Part shown: one piece after another, positions 57,040-64,000 of the stretch | How positions within the stretch are numbered: position 1 is the first letter of the stretch | How the letters are laid out: every line of letters begins with the position of its first letter | Origin: Eledone cirrhosa | Lineage: Eukaryota | DNA length: 64,000 nucleotides | Reading direction: 5' to 3' | Assembly (NCBI GenBank): GCA_964016885.1 | Contig: OZ024749.1 | Span: 10,912,001-10,976,000 of the forward strand | The notes under the pieces: model-generated | What the model was told of the DNA's origin: nothing | The model's input: only the letters and a program-made list of their open reading frames with translations | The model's database searches: none | Translations under genes and position numbers: made by a program

Positions 57040-58010
57040 CACATATTTGGTGCTAAAACTGGATACATAAGAAATGAACTTGCGTGTACCCGGAATAAAT
57101 GTAGCAAGAGAGAGGACCAGATCACCCACACTGCACACTTTATAGATGTACTGAAGACGAACGGATACCCAACATCCACAATGAATCAACTTAAGAATCA
57201 AAGGTGCTGCAGACATAAGACCTCCTCTAACACCTACTTCATGAAATTACCACATTTCAGCAAAAGCATAGCCATAGCTATCCGCAAAGAAGGACTGGAC
57301 ATACAGTTAGCACACTCTGGCCCTTCACTGCGTGGGTACCTGTCTAAAAAGCAATCCAGAGACAACAACATTCAGTGCTTGTTGACTAACTGCTCTATCC
57401 GCGATACAGCTATGTGCCAGCGGACACATGTGGTATACCGGATTGAATGCAACAAATGTAAGGAGTTCTACATTGGTAGCACGTCTCGAGCACTCCACAC
57501 TCGCATTAAAGAAAACATCAACACACGCGTATCCTCATTAAAAAAAAAAAAAATTGACAAATGTAGAAACATCAACCAACATATTACCGTTACCATTAAA
57601 GCCAATGATAGAAATGTGGGCAACTTAAGAATTAAGGAAGCCTTGCTCATATGTACACTCAACCCACAAATAATAATAGATTAGAACTCAGCACACAGTA
57701 CTTGACATAAGAAGACACACCCACAGGCACACAAACTAAACATCTTATACAAAAAGGAAAATTGATTTCGTGAAATACTATATTGGCAATTGACGCCATT
57801 CACGTAGAAAGCGAAGTAACCATCGAAAAAACGCTTGAAAACAAACTTAGAAAAAATTTAAATCAAAATCAAAGTTTTATCCCAAAGGGAGGAAATTGAA
57901 AACCACTGAAGGTTTCTTAAATCCTGATGAAGGGACTTTTAGGCCCCGCAATATTGGACAGATAAAAGAACAACAAACCAAAGATTTCCCGGTAACTTTT
58001 ACTTTTTGTT
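57040..58010 (+). mobile_element. Penelope-like element 3' fragment (GIY-YIG) with degenerate hammerhead at about 57921-57957
   Basis: LKTNGYP..C..C..VVYRIECNKCKEFYIGSTSRALHTRIKE..IKEALLI..NPQI. CTGATGA...GCAA downstream. Confidence 0.8.
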
Positions 58011-58237
58011 ACCTCATCTTACAGTCCATTTTGCATTGTTTAGCCTTCTATCTCTTTCAACGTTATATATTACTAGACCACTCATGAACCGTTGGGTCTC
58101 GTTCACTTCAAAATATTTTTTTTAAATCATGTTAACTTAAAAATAATTTTTAAATAATTAAAATATACACAGACATGTTTATAATGTGAAATGAAACTCG
58201 AAGGCCATATATATATTTATATATATATATATTTATA

Positions 58238-58601
58238 TGGAGGAAGTTATAGTTCACTTGAAGCATTGTGTAATGAAGTATAAACGTTTGTATTTGTAAA
58301 GCCAAAACAATGCAGGTATGGACATAGAATAAAAATGCAAATGCAAAAGATATTGTTGACAATTATTCTTTTACCTTAGATTTATTTAAATGTCCTTAAT
58401 TTTCGAGATAATATCTCTTCTTCGGAGGGAAGTAAAGTGGTTAAACCAGTGTTCACGAAGAAGAGATATTATCTAGAAAATTAAGGACATTTAAATAAAT
58501 CTAAGGTAAAAGAATAATTGTCAACAATATCTTTTGCATTTGCATTTTTATTCTATGTCCATACCTGCATTGTTTTGGCTTTACAAATACAAACATTTAT
58601 A
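58238..58601 (-). mobile_element. Fold-back PLE-type unit family P6 (146-bp arms 58279-58424/58456-58601, tail 58238-58278)
   Basis: Inverted arms with about 2 mismatches. Degenerate hammerhead 58393-58430. Confidence 0.65.
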
Positions 58602-59227
58602 TATATAGTAATAATAGTAATAATAATAAATTTGAAGACTAAAATCCAAAGAGGGCTCGATGAGGATAAATATATATAAAATATATAAGAACCCTAGAGC
58701 AAATATTTATTAAAATAACAGATTAAAGTTTAAGCAAAGAATCGCAGAAGGGTGGTTTTCTGCTAGCATGTGTAGTGTGTATATTGATATTATACGCAAG
58801 TATATATACATGTAGATATGATACGTCAAATAAAATCGTAATTGACAATATATAATACATAGAAATTGAACGAAGACTGTGTTACACTGTCTTATTTAAT
58901 CAGTACCATAATCCATGATACATTAAAAAAGACATTATTATATATAAACTGCATTAGGAGAAAATTAGTTACAGAAAATTAGTATGTTTATTTAAGCGAT
59001 GGCCAACCGGAAGTGTTGACCTTTCAAAAATTTTAAAGAAGTGAATCTTTAAATAAACAAAATATATTTAATCAATAGCCACGAAATTTAGTAGATAAAT
59101 TATGTAATATTCATTCATTATTTATCCAAAGTAATCCAACTTATTTTACTAATGGGATAAAAAAAATTATAAACCATACACAGTCCCGCGCTCCTTACTT
59201 TATTATAGTTTAGATTGGTTGGTAGTG

Positions 59228-59430
59228 AGGGAACACATGTGGCTTAGTGGGTTCAGCTCAGGTTGCATGAGTATAACACTGTGTTTTATGTTGTTCAACA
59301 TAAGGATGAAATGATCTGTGACGTCACTGGTGCCAAACTGAATCAGTCTTTGTCTTTCTCTGGACAACATCGGTGGTATGGAGAGAGGAGACTGGTATAT
59401 ACATGAGCAACTGATAGTCATCCTCAAACA
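59228..59430 (+). mobile_element. Old tRNA-derived SINE remnant
   Basis: CACATGTGGCTTAGTGG A-box head. Body degraded. Confidence 0.4.
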
Positions 59431-59774
59431 CATAGTGACTGGGTTCAGGGTCTTGGAAATGAAGTTTCCAGGTGCAAACATGTGTTCAGTGATGGCCAGA
59501 GAGGATGATGTTGAGTGGGGTGGGGTACTGTTTAGTAGTTAGTAGTACTTCTAAGATTTGTAAACAACAGATATTATCAGAAATTGAAAGACCAATGGAA
59601 ACATTTCATTTGGCTTCAGCTGATGATCAGTTTTACTTCAGATCTGATTGTCATGCTGAATCTCCCTGAGACATATGTTAAGGTTACACATGTCTGGAAT
59701 GCTCGGCCACTTGCAGGCTGTTCCGTTGTTTCAACAGCTAGTCAGAGGGTCCAACAACAAGAAAAAGTATATAT

Positions 59775-62700
59775 GTGTTTGTGTGAGTGTGTGTGTGTGT
59801 ATTATTGTCTGTGTGTGTATTATTGTCTGTGTGTATGTATTATTGTCTGTATATGTGTATTATTGTCTGTATATCTGTGTGTATGTATTATTGTCTGTGT
59901 GTGTGTATTATTGTCTGACTGTGTGTGTGTGTGTATTATTGTCTGTGTGTGTATTATTGTCTGTGTGTGTGTATTATTGTCTGACTGTGTGTGTATTATT
60001 GTCTGTGTGTGTGTATTATTGTCTGACTGTGTGTGTATTATTGTCTGTATGTGTGTATTATTGTCTGTGTGTGTGTATTATTGTCTGACTGTGTGTGTAT
60101 GTATTATTGTCTGTATGTGTGTATTATTGTCTGACTGTGTGTGTATTATTGTCTGACTGTGTGTGTATTGTTGTCTGTGTATGTATTATTGTCTGTGTGT
60201 ATGTATTATTGTCTGTATGTGTGTATTATTGTCTGTGTGTGTGTATTATTGTCTCTGTGTGTGTATTATTGTCTGTGTGTGTGTATTATTGTCTGACTGT
60301 GTGTGTGTATTATTGTCTGTGTGTGTGTATTATTGTCTCTGTGTGTGTATTATTGTCTGTGTGTGTGTATTATTGTCTGACTGTGTATGTATTATTGTCT
60401 GTGTGTATGTATTATTGTCTCTGTGTGTGTATTATTGTCTGTGTGTGTGTATTATTGTCTGACTGTGTATGTATTATTGTCTGTGTGTATGTATTATTGT
60501 CTGTGTGTGTGTATTATTGTCTGTGTGTGTGCATTATTGTCTGACTGTCTGTGTATGTATTATTGTCTGTATGTGTGTATTATTGTCTGTGTGTGTGTAT
60601 TATTGTCTCTGTGTGTGTATTATTGTCTGTGTGTGTGTGTATTATTGTCTCTGTGTGTGTATTATTGTCTGTGTGTGTGTATTATTGTCTGTGTGTGTGT
60701 ATTATTGTCTGTATGTGTGTATTATTGTCTGTGTGTATGTATTATTGTCTGACTGTGTGTGTATTATTGTCTGTGTGTGTATTATTGTCTGACTGTGTGT
60801 GTATTGTTGTCTGTGTGTATGTATTATTGTCTGTGTGTGTGCATTATTGTCTGACTGTGTGTGTATTATTGTCTGTGTGTGTATTATTGTCTGACTGTGT
60901 GTGTATTATTGTCTGTGTTGTATGTATTATTGTCTGTGTGTGTGTATTATTGTCTGTGTATGTATTATTGTCTGACTGTGTGTATTATTGTCTGTGTTGT
61001 ATGTATTATTGTCTGTGTGTGTGTATTACTGTCTGACTGTGTGTGTATTATTGTCTGTATGTGTGTGTATTATTGTCTGTGTATGTATTATTGTCTGTGT
61101 GTATGTATTATTGTCTGACTGTGTGTGTATTATTGTCTGTGTGTGTGTATTATTGTCTGACTGTGTGTGTATTATTGTCTGTGTGTGTGTATTATTGTCT
61201 CTGTGTGTGTATTATTGTCTCTGTGTGTGTATTATTGTCTCTGTGTGTGTATTATTGTCTGTGTGTGTGTATTATTGTCTGTGTATGTATTATTGTCTGA
61301 CTGTGTGTATTATTGTCTGTGTTGTATGTATTATTGTCTGTGTGTGTGTATTACTGTCTGACTGTGTGTGTATTATTGTCTGTATGTGTGTGTATTATTG
61401 TCTGTGTATGTATTATTGTCTGTGTGTATGTATTATTGTCTGACTGTGTGTGTATTATTGTCTGTGTGTGTGTATTATTGTCTGACTGTGTGTGTGTATT
61501 ATTGTCTGTGTGTGTGTATTATTGTCTCTGTGTGTGTATTATTGTCTCTGTGTGTGTATTATTGTCTGTGTGTGTGTATTATTGTCTGACTGTGTATGTA
61601 TTATTGTCTGTGTATGTATTATTGTCTGACTGTGTGTATTATTGTCTGTGTTGTATGTATTATTGTCTGTGTGTGTGTATTACTGTCTGACTGTGTGTGT
61701 ATTATTGTCTGTATGTGTGTGTATTATTGTCTGTGTATGTATTATTGTCTGTGTGTATGTATTATTGTCTGACTGTGTGTGTATTATTGTCTGTGTGTGT
61801 ATTATTGTCTGACTGTGTGTGTATTATTGTCTGTGTGTGTATTATTGTCTGACTGTGTGTGTATTATTGTCTGTGTTGTATGTATTATTGTCTGTGTGTG
61901 TGTATTATTGTCTGACTGTGTGTGTATTGTTGTCTGTGTATGTATTATTGTCTGTGTGTATGTATTATTGTCTGTGTGTGTGTATTATTGTCTGACTGTG
62001 TGTGTATTGTTGTCTGTGTATGTATTATTGTCTGTGTGTATGTATTCTTGTCTGACTGTGTGTGTATTATTGTCTGTGTGTGTATTATTGTCTGACTGTG
62101 TGTGTATTGTTGTCTGTGTATGTATTATTGTCTGTGTGTATGTATTCTTGTCTGACTGTGTGTGTATTATTGTCTGTGTGTGTATTATTGTCTGACTGTG
62201 TGTGTATTATTGTCTGTGTGTGTGTATTATTGTCTGACTGTGTGTGTATTATTGTCTGACTGTGTATGTATTATTGTCTGTGTGTGTGTATTATTGTCTG
62301 ACTGTGTGTGTATTGTTGTCTGTGTATGTTTTATTGTCTGTGTGTATGTATTCTTGTCTGACTGTGTGTGTATTATTGTCTGTGTATGTATTATTGTCTG
62401 TGTATGTATTATTGTCTGTGTGTATGTATTCTTGTCTGACTGTGTATGTATTATTGTCTGTGTGTGTATTATTGTCTGTGTGTGTGTATTATTGTCTCTG
62501 TGTGTGTATTATTGTCTGTGTGTGTGTATTATTGTCTGACTGTGTATGTATTATTGTCTGTGTGTGTATTATTGTCTGACTGTGTATGTATTATTGTCTG
62601 TGTGTGTGTATTATTGTCTGTGTGTGTGTATTATTGTCTGACTGTGTGTGTATTATTGTCTGTGTGTGTGTATTATTGTCTGTGTGTGTGTATTATTGTC

Positions 62701-64000
62701 TCTGTGTGTGTATTATTGTCTGTGTGTGTGTATTATTGTCTGACTGTGTATGTATTATTGTCTGTATGTGTGTATTATTGTCTGTGTGTGTGTATTATTG
62801 TCTGTGTATGTATTATTGTCTGTGTGTATGTATTATTGTCTGACTGTGTGTGTATTATTGTGTGACTGTGTGTGTATTATTGTCTGTGTGTGTGTATTAT
62901 TGTCTGACTGTGTATGTATTATTGTCTGTATGTGTGTATTATTGTCTGTGTGTGTGTATTATTGTCTGTGTATGTATTATTGTCTGTGTGTATGTATTAT
63001 TGTCTGACTGTGTGTGTATTATTGTCTGTATGTGTGTATTATTGTCTGACTGTGTGTGTATTATTGTCTGTGTATGTATTATTGTCTGTGTGTATGTATT
63101 ATTGTCTGACTGTGTGTGTATTATTGTCTGTGTGTGTATTATTGTCTGACTGTGTGTGTATTATTGTCTGTGTATGTATTATTGTCTGTGTGTATGTATT
63201 ATTGTCTGACTGTGTGTGTATTATTGTCTGTGTGTGTATTATTGTCTGACTGTGTGTGTATTATTGTCTGACTGTGTGTGTATTATTGTCTGACTGTGTG
63301 TGTATTATTGTCTGACTGTGTGTGTATTATTGTCTGTGTGTGTATTATTGTCTGACTGTGTGTGTATTATTGTCTGACTGTGTGTGTATTATTGTCTGTG
63401 TGTATGTATTATTGTCTGACTGTGTGTGTATTATTGTCTGTGTGTGTATTATTGTCTGACTGTGTGTGTATTATTGTCTGTGTGTGTATTATTGTGTGTG
63501 TGTGTGTATTATTGTCTCTGTGTGTGTATTATTGTCTGTGTTGTATGTATTATTGTCTGACTGTGTGTGTATTATTGTCTGTATGTGTGTATTATTGTCT
63601 GTGTGTGTGTATTGTTGTCTGTGTGTATGTATTATTGTCTGTGTGTGTGTATTATTGTCTGTGTGTGTGTATTATTGTCTGACTGTCTGTGTATGTATTA
63701 TTGTCTGTGTGTATGTATTATTGTCTGACTGTGTGTGTATTATTGTCTGTGTGTGTATTATTGTCTGACTGTGTGTGTATTATTGTCTGACTGTGTGTGT
63801 ATTATTGTCTGTGTATGTATTATTGTCTGACTGTGTGTGTATTATTGTCTGTGTGTGTATTATTGTCTGACTGTGTGTATTAGTGTCTGTGTGTGTGTAT
63901 TATTGTCTGTGTGTGTATTATTGTGTGTGTGTGTGTATTATTGTCTCTGTGTGTGTATTATTGTCTGTGTGTGTATTATTGTGTGTGTGTGTGTATTATT
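59775..64000. repeat. Minisatellite: constant core GTATTATTGTCT with variable (GT)n / GACT linker, about 18-26 bp units, runs off the window
   Basis: Direct inspection. Confidence 0.97.

Noticed and set aside
59584-64000. Cys-rich ORFs and CRISPR-like repeat/spacer look
   Set aside because: Linkers are (GT)n, not unique spacers. No cas genes. Eukaryotic minisatellite.

Overview
Eukaryotic, repeat-saturated window with no supportable host protein-coding gene. The content resembles octopus/cephalopod DNA (inference from the repeat repertoire). It is a nested mosaic of non-LTR retroelements: at least four RTE lineages, CR1-like, Tx1/L1-like, CRE-like, R4/Dong-like and several Penelope-like (PLE) families, plus two tRNA-derived SINE families. 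Most sit in long (TA)n-derived microsatellite or minisatellite arrays. The most notable structure is a recurring architecture, seen six times from five sequence families. A short PLE 3' end is folded back on itself as an inverted repeat, only one arm carries an extra tail, and both ends abut TA repeats. About nine type I hammerhead-ribozyme motifs (about six with intact cores) lie in these units and in the 3' UTRs of the PLE GIY-YIG ORFs. Nearly all long ORFs in the supplied track are microsatellite artefacts. Coordinates and alignments were read by eye.
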